A stretch of 64,000 bases of DNA from Gemmatimonadota bacterium (GTDB lineage Bacteria > Gemmatimonadota > Gemmatimonadetes > Longimicrobiales > RSA9): contig JBDLIA010000004.1 in NCBI GenBank assembly GCA_039715185.1, positions 4,503-68,502 on the forward strand, in the 5' to 3' direction. Below are positions 31,930 through 40,468 of the stretch, piece by piece (the first letter of the stretch is position 1; every line of letters begins with the position of its first letter). Position numbers and translations under genes: made by a program. Below the pieces are notes generated by a model that saw only the letters and a program-made list of their open reading frames with translations, was not told the DNA's origin and searched no databases.

Positions 31930-34412
31930 GCGCGCCGAGGCCGCTCCGCGCCGCCGCCGCCGCCGCCGTTCTGGTGGCCTGCGCGGGCGGCTCGCTGGCG
32001 GGCCAGGAGCGGGAGATCACCATCCGGACATCGGTGTCCGAAGAGGTCGTCATCGTGGGCGCGACCGTGGACTACGAGATCGTGATCGAAGGCGAGGGGC
32101 GGGAGACCTTCGAGATCTCACCACCGGCCATGCCGTCCGGTCTGGTCGTCACCGGGCAGAGCCAGTCGAGCTCGCTGGACATCCGACTGCCGGGCGGCGT
32201 GACGCGGGTGCAGCACCTGACGCTGTCGGTGCTCGCGCGCTCGGCGGGTGAGTACCGCATATCGGGCCCGGCGGTGCGCGGCGGCGGTGCGGTGGTTCGC
32301 GGGGACGCGGTCACGCTCACGGTGATCGACGGCGGAGGTTTCGCCGGGCCTCCCGGGGCGCCCGGGCCTGGGGCCGACGACATCTCGGTGCGCGTGATCC
32401 TCACCGCCGACACCGTCTACGTGGGCGAGCCGGTGGAGCTCACCACGGAGGTGCTTCTCTCCGACGCCGCGCGGCGTCGACTCCGCGGCGCCCCCCAGTA
32501 TTTTCCGCCGACCCCCGCCGGCTTTCTCATCCACGACCTGGGCGGCGGGGCGCGCCGGTTCGCCACGGCGAGCGACGGACGGCGTTTCGAGGTGCAGCGC
32601 TTCCGGCGCGCGTTCGTCCCGCTTGAGGCGGGCACGTTCCGGCTCCCGCCGGCCCGGGTGGAGCTGGATCTGCGCCAGAGTCTCTTCGACCCGGAGTTCC
32701 CCCAGTTCGTGGAGAGCGATCGGCCCGGCCTGGTGGTCCTGCCCCTTCCTTCCGACGGTCAACCGGACGGGTTCCGGGGGGCCGTGGGTCGGTACGCGGT
32801 GGACGCGGCGATCGATCCGGGCACGACATCCACAGGAGAAGCCGTGCGGCTGGAGGTCATCGTGCGCGGACGAGGCTACGTGAAGCCCCTGCCGCCGCCC
32901 ATGATCGCGGCGGGCGACGGCCTGGACTTCGTGTCGCCGGTGGAGGAGGCCGACGTCGAAAGCCTGAACACCGGGCTCGGTGGGGAGAAGCGCTTCTCGT
33001 GGATCGTGGTGCCCGAGCGACCCGGCGTTTTCGAGCTACCGGAAGTGCGCTACCCGTACTTCGATCCGGAAGCCGGGCGCTACGCGGTCGCGCGCGCGGC
33101 GCCCATGCGGCTGGAGGTTCGCAGCGTTCCCGACGGGCCCGCCGTCGCGTCGACCACGCTTGCCGCGCCGCGCGAAGAACCGAGGCCGGGCGGCCCCCTC
33201 GCCTGGGTGCGATCGGCGACCTTCGTGGCGTCTCAGGCGGCGCCCTTGGTTGCCATGGCGCTGGCCCTTCTGGCGCTCCTCGGTGGCGGCCGTCGCGCCG
33301 TGTCGAAGGGCGAGTTGGATGGGCGTACCGAGGACATGCTACGCCACTGGGCCTACTCCGACGCGCAGACCCGCAACGCCACCCTGCGCCGGTGGCTGGT
33401 CGATCGGCTGGAACGTCCGGACCTGATCGGGGCGACGGCCGACGACATCGCGGCGGCGGTCGGAGGGATGGTGGCCGCTCCCGATCAGGCGCGTGAGCTG
33501 GAGGAGCTGCTGCGCTCGCTGGACGCCACCCGCTACGGGCGCCGCCGCGGCGTCGCGCTGGACGGCGACGCCGGACGGGAGCTGATTCGCGCCTTGCACG
33601 CAGAGCTGCCGAGGCCGGTCGCACCAATCGACGCGTCGGACGCGAGGCGCCGCCGGCCGCGGCGCGCAGCCGTGGCCGCGCTGCTCGCGGGCCTGGCGCT
33701 GCTCGCGACCGCGGCGCTTACGGGAGCTGGCTCGGCGGCGGACCTGGAGCAATTCGGCGCCGGGCTGGGCGCGCTACGCGGCGGCGAGCCGGCGCGCGCC
33801 GCTGAGGCGCTGGAGGCGTACGTCCGGGCTAATCCCCGGGATCCGGCGGGGTGGTACAACCTGGGGCTGGCGGAGGCCGGCCAGGACGACTCGGGGCGAG
33901 CCATCTGGGCCTGGCTGAACGGAATCCGGCGAGCGCCGTCGGACGAGCTGGCGCGGGCCAACGCACGCGCGCTGGGAGCCCAGGAGTCGGCCATCGTCCG
34001 GGCGCGCGGGCGCGTTCCGGCCTCGCGCGCCGCGCTGACCCTTCTGGCCACCCTGGCGCTCTACCTGGCGGCCGTCAGCGTGCTGATGGCCGCGCGCCCG
34101 GGCGCCCAGGGGAGCTGGCGCGTCGCCGCCGGCCTGGTCGGCGCCGTCGCGGTCTCGGCCGCGCTTGCCGGCGTCGTCCGCGACCGCGCGCGCTCTCTCG
34201 CGGTGCCGCTGGCGGCGAGCGAGCTGCGGTACGAGCCCACCCGGGCCGGCGAGGCGGCGCAGACGCTGATCCCCGGAACCGCGTTGCTCATGGGTGAGCG
34301 CAGGGACGGGTGGGTGCGGGTACGGCTGCCCAATCCGGGCTCGGACCGCCTCGCCGAGGGGTGGATCGAAGAGGCCGAGGTCGCGCCGATAGGGTCGCAC
34401 GCCGTACCGTAG
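31926..34412 (+). CDS. BatD-like protein fused to a BatE-like TPR plus SH3 module
   Basis: 828 aa. It has a signal peptide and a large BatD-type domain with two TM segments. These are followed by TPR (AEALEAYVRANPRDPAGWYNLGLAEAGQ), further TM helices and an SH3-like end (GWVRVRLPNPGSDRLAEGWIEEAEV). Confidence 0.7.
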   Translation: MSAPRPLRAAAAAAVLVACAGGSLAGQEREITIRTSVSEEVVIVGATVDYEIVIEGEGRETFEISPPAMPSGLVVTGQSQSSSLDIRLPGGVTRVQHLTLSVLARSAGEYRISGPAVRGGGAVVRGDAVTLTVIDGGGFAGPPGAPGPGADDISVRVILTADTVYVGEPVELTTEVLLSDAARRRLRGAPQYFPPTPAGFLIHDLGGGARRFATASDGRRFEVQRFRRAFVPLEAGTFRLPPARVELDLRQSLFDPEFPQFVESDRPGLVVLPLPSDGQPDGFRGAVGRYAVDAAIDPGTTSTGEAVRLEVIVRGRGYVKPLPPPMIAAGDGLDFVSPVEEADVESLNTGLGGEKRFSWIVVPERPGVFELPEVRYPYFDPEAGRYAVARAAPMRLEVRSVPDGPAVASTTLAAPREEPRPGGPLAWVRSATFVASQAAPLVAMALALLALLGGGRRAVSKGELDGRTEDMLRHWAYSDAQTRNATLRRWLVDRLERPDLIGATADDIAAAVGGMVAAPDQARELEELLRSLDATRYGRRRGVALDGDAGRELIRALHAELPRPVAPIDASDARRRRPRRAAVAALLAGLALLATAALTGAGSAADLEQFGAGLGALRGGEPARAAEALEAYVRANPRDPAGWYNLGLAEAGQDDSGRAIWAWLNGIRRAPSDELARANARALGAQESAIVRARGRVPASRAALTLLATLALYLAAVSVLMAARPGAQGSWRVAAGLVGAVAVSAALAGVVRDRARSLAVPLAASELRYEPTRAGEAAQTLIPGTALLMGERRDGWVRVRLPNPGSDRLAEGWIEEAEVAPIGSHAVP

Positions 34413-34448
34413 AGCGGGTTCGTTTCGACAGCGTCTCCCGGGAGCCTC

Positions 34449-35090
34449 ATGCCGCACGAATTCGCCAACCTGACCGTCGTGGAGCACCCGCTGGTGCGCC
34501 ACAAGATGACGCTCCTGCGAGACCGCGACACGTCCAAGAAGCAGTTTCGGGAGCTCGTCGACGAGATCTCCATCCTGCTCGCCTACGAGGCGACCGGGGA
34601 CCTCACCCTGGAGCCGGCGGAGGTGGAGACGCCGCTGGAGGCGACCGTGCAGGAGAGGATCGCCGGCAAGAAGCTCGTGCTCGTGCCCATCCTGAGGGCC
34701 GGCCTGGGCATGGTGGAGGCGATCCTGAGGCTGATTCCGTCGGCGCGCGTGGGCCACATAGGGATGTACCGCGACCACGAGACCCTCGAACCGGTGCCCT
34801 ACTACGTGAAGATCCCCGCGGACGCCGAGACTCGGGACGTACTCCTGCTCGACCCGATGCTGGCCACGGGCGGCTCGGCCGCGGACGCCATCACCCAACT
34901 CAAGAAGGCGGGCGCGGCCCGGATCCGGTTCGTGTGCATTGTCGCGGCACCCGAGGGAGTGCAGCGCCTCCTGGAAGCGCATCCGGACGTGCGCGTCTAC
35001 ACCGCGGCGCTGGACCGAGAGCTCGACGAACACGGGTACATCCTGCCCGGGCTGGGCGACGCGGGGGACAGGATGTTCGGCACGCGGTAG
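34449..35090 (+). CDS. upp: uracil phosphoribosyltransferase
   Basis: 213 aa with the phrases [40 protein letters not shown], and the PRPP loop [12 protein letters not shown]. Confidence 0.95.
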   Translation: MPHEFANLTVVEHPLVRHKMTLLRDRDTSKKQFRELVDEISILLAYEATGDLTLEPAEVETPLEATVQERIAGKKLVLVPILRAGLGMVEAILRLIPSARVGHIGMYRDHETLEPVPYYVKIPADAETRDVLLLDPMLATGGSAADAITQLKKAGAARIRFVCIVAAPEGVQRLLEAHPDVRVYTAALDRELDEHGYILPGLGDAGDRMFGTR

Positions 35091-35120
35091 GGCTCCCGGG
35101 GCGAGGCTCGCGCGGCGCCC

Positions 35121-35149
35121 TTCACCTCGGCGTGGGCTTCACCTAGATT
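35121..35149 (+). promoter_or_regulatory. sigma70-type promoter for tRNA-Met
   Basis: TTCACC (35121-26), 17 nt, TAGATT (35144-49). The tRNA begins 12 nt after the -10 hexamer. Confidence 0.5.
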
Positions 35150-35160
35150 GCCGCCGCGAC

Positions 35161-35234
35161 GGGCCCGTAGCTCAGTTGGTTAGAGCATCCGACTCATAAT
35201 CGGCAGGTCGTGGGTTCGAGTCCCACCGGGCCCA
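35161..35234 (+). tRNA. tRNA with CAT anticodon (elongator Met, or Ile2 if lysidine-modified)
   Basis: Manual cloverleaf: acceptor GGGCCCG/CGGGCCC, D arm GCTC-AGTTGGTTA-GAGC, anticodon loop CTCATAA, and T arm GTGGG-TTCGAGT-CCCAC. No CCA is encoded. Confidence 0.9.
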
Positions 35235-35244
35235 TTGCGCTAAG

Positions 35245-35355
35245 AGGCCGCTACACCGCAAGCTCGCGATAGCCGCCTCGAGCACGGGCGTAAGCATGAA
35301 CGACTTCGTGAACGACGCGCTGGAGCGCGCGACGGGAAAACTGGTGCCAGCATGA
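35245..35355 (+). pseudogene. 5'-truncated ribbon-helix-helix antitoxin fragment (HicB/CopG-like C-terminus)
   Basis: The frame is open from inside the tRNA. It encodes RPLHRKLAIAASSTGVSMNDFVNDALERATGKLVPA*, matching the xLHxxLaxxAxxxGvSlNxxvxxALer RHH pattern. No start codon precedes the motif; the only ATG is at 35296. Confidence 0.4.
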
Positions 35356-35651
35356 ACGATACACCCACGGCGACGGTTGGCGGCTACGCCGGCCACGGCT
35401 ACGTGACCCTATACCGTCGACGCCGTTCCGCTCGCACTCACGATGGCGGACCGGATTACATCGACGGCCGAGCCAGTGCGGAGGGCCGCGTCCTAGTGGC
35501 CGACCTGGCGGCGCGTCGCCTACTCCACACCCGGGTCCAGTATGAAGGGGAGATCCGCGAGCGGGGCCGAGAGACGGTTCGCCGGACAGAGACCCTCTTG
35601 GTCAAAACAGCCACGCCCACCGACGGCGGCCTCATCCTGCATCTGACCTAG
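35352..35651 (+). CDS. hypothetical 99-aa protein, possible orphan toxin partner or foreign gene
   Basis: ATG 35352 overlaps the stop of the RHH fragment (ATGA). GC3 is noticeably lower than in the neighbouring genes, with many GAT, ACA, CTA, CGT, AAA and TAT codons. I recognise no motif. Confidence 0.35.
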   Translation: MNDTPTATVGGYAGHGYVTLYRRRRSARTHDGGPDYIDGRASAEGRVLVADLAARRLLHTRVQYEGEIRERGRETVRRTETLLVKTATPTDGGLILHLT

Positions 35652-35835
35652 CCAAAGCTCGGTATCGAGACTGTGTCCCAACTGTGTCCCGGCGCACTGA
35701 CGGGCTCGCGTTCGGTAGCGAATGGCACCTCCGGGTCGGTCACCTTTACCGTGCCCAGCGGCCAGCACGACCACCCGTCCATCTGGTTGGAACTAGCAGC
35801 CACGATCGTCTTCGCGAGACACGATTTGGGGTAGG

Positions 35836-37029
35836 CTAGCGCTCGATGGAGTGCACGCGTACCTGCCACTTCCTGTCCACCTCCACTTTCCCGAGGACCC
35901 AGTCGTCGCCCACTTGCTCCAGGCGCAGCCCGTCAGGCAGCGCGACGCTACCGAGCCAGGAGCCGTCGGCGTCGAGGACCGTCCACGTCGTCGCCGCCTG
36001 CCCATCCGGCGCGAAATCGGCGAGCCAGAGTCGCCCCGCCGGGTCGGCCAGGATGCGTCCGAAGGCGGGAGCGGTTGCGGGGCGGGGGAGCTCCTCGAAG
36101 GTGCCGGACGCGACCTCGGCCTTGGCCTCCAGCGGATCGGCGCGCAGGCGCCCGCGCAGCATCGCATCGAACTCGGCCTCGTCCACCGGGCGCAGCGGCA
36201 GCTCGAGGACGGCGCTGCGGACGAGCGCGCCGTCGGCCGTGCGCGTGTCCACGGACCAGGCGTCGTTCGCCCCCCCGTGGATCAGCGCACCCTCCACCTG
36301 CACGACGGAGAAGCGGCCGAACGGCACCAGCGCCAGGTCGAGGACCTCCTCCGCCAGGAAGATCCACGCTTCGTATCCGGGCAGCGTATCCAGCACCGTG
36401 GCTGGGCCGCCGTCGCGTCCGTAGCGGAGCAGCAGCAGGGGGTCTCGCGCGGCGCCCGGGGTGCGGGGCAGAGCAGGAGCGATCGCCGTCGCGATCCATC
36501 TCCCGTCGTCCAGCGCGCCCACCAGGATGGGCTGCGGCGCACCCGCCAATCCCAGCAGGCGGGCAGCGGCGCGCACGGACCCGTCCGCGGCGAGGTCGGC
36601 CGCGTGGCCGGTCCTTCGCGCGAAAGTCAGCAGTCCGCGCCCGTCCGGCGCGGCCTCGAGCCAGTCGGCCGCACCAGCTTCGGGCGGCAGCGGTACGGTG
36701 TCCCTTTGCCTGCCGGCGTGGCGGATCAGCCAACCATCGGGAGCCAGCACGAAGACGGCTCCGTCCAGCGTGCGCGCCGCGCCCGTGACCGGAGGTCGGC
36801 CGCGTTCATCTCTCCCACCCAGCGCCAGGCGAAAGGTCGGCTCCTCGGCGATGCGCCAGGCGCCCCCGTCCTCCCAGGCGGGCGCCGGGGAGCGGACCAC
36901 GAGCGCCGCGCTCGAATCCGCACCAAGGGGCGGCGCCGGGGGTGGGTCGCCGCAGGCCGTGGCGGCTCCGCCCAACGCCAGCGTGCACGCGATGCGCGTT
37001 ACCCGCCACCGCCGTTGAAAAGGTGACAC
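35836..37029 (-). CDS. 6-bladed beta-propeller (TolB-like) lipoprotein
   Basis: Start chosen at GTG 37029, giving (M)SPFQRRWRVTRIACTLALGGAATAC (lipobox). There are repeated beta-strand blades and a C-terminal DGSWLGSVALPDGLRLEQVGDDWVLGKVEVD signature, as seen in multi-paralog propeller families. The 5' 657 nt of the 616-aa ORF look non-coding. Confidence 0.7.
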   Translation of the reverse strand: MSPFQRRWRVTRIACTLALGGAATACGDPPPAPPLGADSSAALVVRSPAPAWEDGGAWRIAEEPTFRLALGGRDERGRPPVTGAARTLDGAVFVLAPDGWLIRHAGRQRDTVPLPPEAGAADWLEAAPDGRGLLTFARRTGHAADLAADGSVRAAARLLGLAGAPQPILVGALDDGRWIATAIAPALPRTPGAARDPLLLLRYGRDGGPATVLDTLPGYEAWIFLAEEVLDLALVPFGRFSVVQVEGALIHGGANDAWSVDTRTADGALVRSAVLELPLRPVDEAEFDAMLRGRLRADPLEAKAEVASGTFEELPRPATAPAFGRILADPAGRLWLADFAPDGQAATTWTVLDADGSWLGSVALPDGLRLEQVGDDWVLGKVEVDRKWQVRVHSIER

Positions 37030-37198
37030 TCGGCCGCTCGCTCGCCGTTGTTTGCGGCCCAGTTCGGCCACGTTGCGCTCCTTCGCGAAGACTTCGCCGA
37101 CCGGCGTCGGGCGCCACTCGCGCCGAGCGATTGACCGGGCCGGCATGGGCCGGGCACATTGGCCGTCCAGTCGATCCAGCGCCAGAAGGAGAATAGCC

Positions 37199-38491
37199 TT
37201 GCCTGCCCAACGCAGAATCCTCGCTCTCATCGCCGGGTTCGTCGCGGTCGGTTGCGCCGCCGAACGTCCGGACTCCGCGGACGCGCAGGACGGGGAGACT
37301 CCCGTTGTCTGCGTCGAAGACAACGGAGGCATCACCCTGCCGCCCGGATTCTGCGCCAGCGTGTTCGCGGACGAGGTCGGCCCTGCCCGGCACATCGCCG
37401 TGCGAGAGGACGGGATCGTGTTCGTCAACCTGCGCGCTCCCCGGGGCCAGGGCTGGGGTGGGCTCCTGATGCTGAGGGACGGCGACGGGGACGGCGTGGC
37501 CGATGCGAGCGCCAGGATCGACGACCTCGGGGGCGGCACCGGCGTGACGCTCGATGGCGACCTCGTGTACGTGGCCGCGACCACGGCGGTGCATCGGATC
37601 CGCGTGCCGATGGGGACCATGGAGGCCGTGGGCGCGGTGGATACGATCGTGGCCCACGTGCCGAGGAGCTGTTGTCGGGGCGGCACCCACCAGGCAAAGC
37701 CGCTCGTCCTCCGCGACGGCTGGCTCTACCTGAACGTCGGCTCTACGGGCAACGCCTGCGCGGAGGCACACGGGCAGCCCGGCATGGATCCCTGCGCCCA
37801 ACTGGACTCGACCGGCGGGATCTGGAGATTCTCGACAGAGGCGACGGGTCAGATGCAGGCGGACGGTGAGCGGTACGCCACCGGCACGCGCAACGTGATC
37901 GGCCTGACCCTGGGGCCGGACGGGCTGCTTTACGGCGTGCAGCATGGCCGCGACATGCTGGTCTCGTGGGGCTTCTCGGTGGAGGACAACGCCGAGAAGC
38001 CGGCCGAGGAGATGTTCCGCATAGAGCAGGGCGACGACTTCGGCTGGCCGTACTGCTATTACGACCGGCAACTGGAGCGCAAGGTTCTGGCCCCAGAATA
38101 TGGCGGCGACGGCGAAGTCACCGGCCGCTGCGCCGACAAGAAGGATCCGATCGTCTCCTTTCCAGGGCACTGGGGCCCCCACGCCATCACCTTTTACGAA
38201 GGCGACGCCTTCCCGGAGCGTTATCGGGGCGGCGCGTTCGTCGCCTTCCACGGCTCCTGGAATCGTGCTCCGCTCCCGCAGGGAGGATACAACGTCGCGT
38301 TCGTACCGTTCGCGGATGGCGAACCGAGCGGCGACTGGGAGGTCTTCGCCGATGGCTTCGCGGGTGCGGATGTCTCGCCGCGCGGGGCGACCCACCGACC
38401 GGCCGGCGGGGCTGTCGGCCCCGACGGGGCGCTGTATGTCACGGACGACAGAGGCGGCCGCGTGTGGAGGATCGTGTACGCGGGCGACTGA
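37199..38491 (+). CDS. PQQ-dependent sugar (sorbosone/glucose) dehydrogenase-like beta-propeller lipoprotein
   Basis: TTG 37199 lies 6 nt after AAGGAGAA and gives LPAQRRILALIAGFVAVGC (lipobox). Family phrases are GTRNVIGLTLGPDGLLYGVQHGRD, FGWPYCYYD and GALYVTDD. Confidence 0.8.
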   Translation: MPAQRRILALIAGFVAVGCAAERPDSADAQDGETPVVCVEDNGGITLPPGFCASVFADEVGPARHIAVREDGIVFVNLRAPRGQGWGGLLMLRDGDGDGVADASARIDDLGGGTGVTLDGDLVYVAATTAVHRIRVPMGTMEAVGAVDTIVAHVPRSCCRGGTHQAKPLVLRDGWLYLNVGSTGNACAEAHGQPGMDPCAQLDSTGGIWRFSTEATGQMQADGERYATGTRNVIGLTLGPDGLLYGVQHGRDMLVSWGFSVEDNAEKPAEEMFRIEQGDDFGWPYCYYDRQLERKVLAPEYGGDGEVTGRCADKKDPIVSFPGHWGPHAITFYEGDAFPERYRGGAFVAFHGSWNRAPLPQGGYNVAFVPFADGEPSGDWEVFADGFAGADVSPRGATHRPAGGAVGPDGALYVTDDRGGRVWRIVYAGD

Positions 38492-38643
38492 CCCGCGGCC
38501 CTTCTTTTCCACGTTGACAATGGCCGCCCGCCCGGCGAGCTTTTTCCGTCTTTGTCACAGGTTCTCGAACCCCGGTCCGAGCGCGCCCCGCCAGACTCCA
38601 CGGCGGGCGTTCTCAGAGGCCAGCGACGTCAGGAAGTCAGCCG

Positions 38644-40455
38644 ATGCTTGGCACCCTCAGAGGCAGGGCCATCGTCATACTCGCGGTCATCGCGGGTGCG
38701 TTCTACTTCCTTTGGGATACGCGCCAGGAGCTGTGCGAGCCCACCTCCGACGATCCCGCGGCCGGCGAGGTGGCGATCGGGTGCTCGTGGGTGAACCTCG
38801 GGCTCGACCTCCAGGGCGGGTCGCACTTCGTGCTGGAGGTGAGCGACCCCGACGGGACGCTCACGGACGAGGCCAAGCGCGACGCCATCGACCGCGCCGA
38901 GACCGTGATCCGAAACCGCATCGATGAGCTGGGCGTGCGCGAGCCTCTCATCCAGCGCGTGGGCGCCGAGCGGCTGATCGTCGAGCTGGCCGGCAGCCAG
39001 GACCCCGAGCGCGCCAAGGGCGTCATCAAGGCCAACGCTTTCCTGGAATTCCAGCTCCTGCACGAGGGGCCGAGGCTGGCCGACTTCGTCGCCGCGCTGC
39101 CTCGCATCGACCGCGCGATCGTCAACGAGCTGGGCCCCAACGCTCTGGGGGACCGCGCCCTGGAGTCGGTGGACGGAGGCGGCAACACGGCCGTGGAGGA
39201 GCTCCTGTTCGGGGGCGGGGACGCGCCCGAGCTGACCGCCGAGGGCGACTCGGCCGAGGCCGAGGCCGGCGCCGAGCAGGCCGCCGAGGGCGACACCGGC
39301 GCGCAGACGGCCGAGGGCCCGATCGAGGGCGACGAGGACGGGGCAGCCGCGCAGGACTCGGCGGCCGGCGAGGAGGAGGCGGACACGCTGTCAACGGAGC
39401 CCGAGGATCGTCCGTTGACCGCGCTGCTTCTGAACAGCGGCCAGCCCGGCATCTACTTCGTGCGCGAGAACGACCGCGAGCTCGTCGAGCGCTTCCTGGC
39501 CCTGGAGTCGGTCGACCGGGCGATGCCGCGCGACACCGAGATCCTGTGGGGCGCCGACCCCATCGGCGTGGGCGCCGAGCCGTACTGGGAGCTCTACATC
39601 CTCAACGACGAGCCCGCCATCACCGGCGAGCACCTCGAGGACGCGATTCCCAACATCGACCCCCAGTTCAACCAGACCATCGTCCAGTTCGAGTTCAACC
39701 GCCGTGGCGGCCGGATCTTCGAGCGCTTCACGGGCCAGCACATCGGCGACTACATGGCCATCGTGCTGGACAACAAGGTGTTCAGCGCGCCGGTCATCCA
39801 GGCGCGCATCGGCCGACGCGGGCAGATCGAGCTGGGCGCGGCGCCGCTGCTGGAGGCGCAGGACCTCGCGCTGGTGCTGCGCGCGGGCGCGCTGCCGGCG
39901 CCGCTGGACATCATCGAGGAGCGGACCGTCGGGCCGACGCTGGGTCAGGATTCGATCGACAAGGGCACCCTGGCGGGCATCGTGGGGATCCTCCTGGTGA
40001 TCCTGCTGATGGCGATCTACTACAAGGTGGCGGGCTTGCTGGCGATCGTAGCGCTGGGGGTGTACTTGGTGCTCGTGCTGGGTGGCCTGGCCGCGTTCGG
40101 AGCCACGCTCACCCTGCCGGGGATCGCCGGCCTGATCCTGTCGATCGGCATGGCCGTGGACGCCAACGTCCTGATCTTCGAGCGTACGCGCGAGGAGTTG
40201 GACGCGGGCAAGCCTGCCCGGACGGCCGTCGATGAGGGGTTCCAGCACGCGATGTCGGCCATCGTCGACTCCAACCTGACCACGCTTCTCACGGCGTTGA
40301 TCCTTTTCCAGGTGGGCACCGGACCCGTGCGCGGATTCGCGGTGACGCTATCGATCGGTATCATCGCGTCGTTCTTCTCGGCCGTGTACGTGACCCGGAC
40401 CCTGTTCCTCTTCTACCTCGCGAGGCGCCGCGGCGCCCGCCAGGTGAGCATCTGA
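38644..40455 (+). CDS. secD: protein translocase subunit SecD
   Basis: 603 aa with the phrases LGLDLQGGSHFVLEV, IRNRIDELGVREPLIQRVG, and the C-terminal 6-TM region with GIAGLILSIGMAVDANVLIFER. Confidence 0.95.
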   Translation: MLGTLRGRAIVILAVIAGAFYFLWDTRQELCEPTSDDPAAGEVAIGCSWVNLGLDLQGGSHFVLEVSDPDGTLTDEAKRDAIDRAETVIRNRIDELGVREPLIQRVGAERLIVELAGSQDPERAKGVIKANAFLEFQLLHEGPRLADFVAALPRIDRAIVNELGPNALGDRALESVDGGGNTAVEELLFGGGDAPELTAEGDSAEAEAGAEQAAEGDTGAQTAEGPIEGDEDGAAAQDSAAGEEEADTLSTEPEDRPLTALLLNSGQPGIYFVRENDRELVERFLALESVDRAMPRDTEILWGADPIGVGAEPYWELYILNDEPAITGEHLEDAIPNIDPQFNQTIVQFEFNRRGGRIFERFTGQHIGDYMAIVLDNKVFSAPVIQARIGRRGQIELGAAPLLEAQDLALVLRAGALPAPLDIIEERTVGPTLGQDSIDKGTLAGIVGILLVILLMAIYYKVAGLLAIVALGVYLVLVLGGLAAFGATLTLPGIAGLILSIGMAVDANVLIFERTREELDAGKPARTAVDEGFQHAMSAIVDSNLTTLLTALILFQVGTGPVRGFAVTLSIGIIASFFSAVYVTRTLFLFYLARRRGARQVSI

Positions 40456-40468
40456 GGCGCGAGGAATC

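Noticed and set aside
35172-35396. A 74-aa - strand ORF across tRNA-Met
   Set aside because: It overlaps the tRNA gene and has no RBS or motif.
35527-35541. A possible attR direct repeat of the tRNA-Met 3' end (CACCCGGGTCCA versus CACCGGGCCCA)
   Set aside because: The match is short and imperfect and lies inside the 99-aa ORF. It is not enough to define element boundaries, and no integrase gene is present.
36806-38512. A 568-aa - strand ORF antisense to the PQQ-type dehydrogenase, and + strand ORFs 35846..37026 antisense to the propeller gene
   Set aside because: The chosen frames carry lipobox signal peptides and family motifs. The alternatives are compositionally biased.
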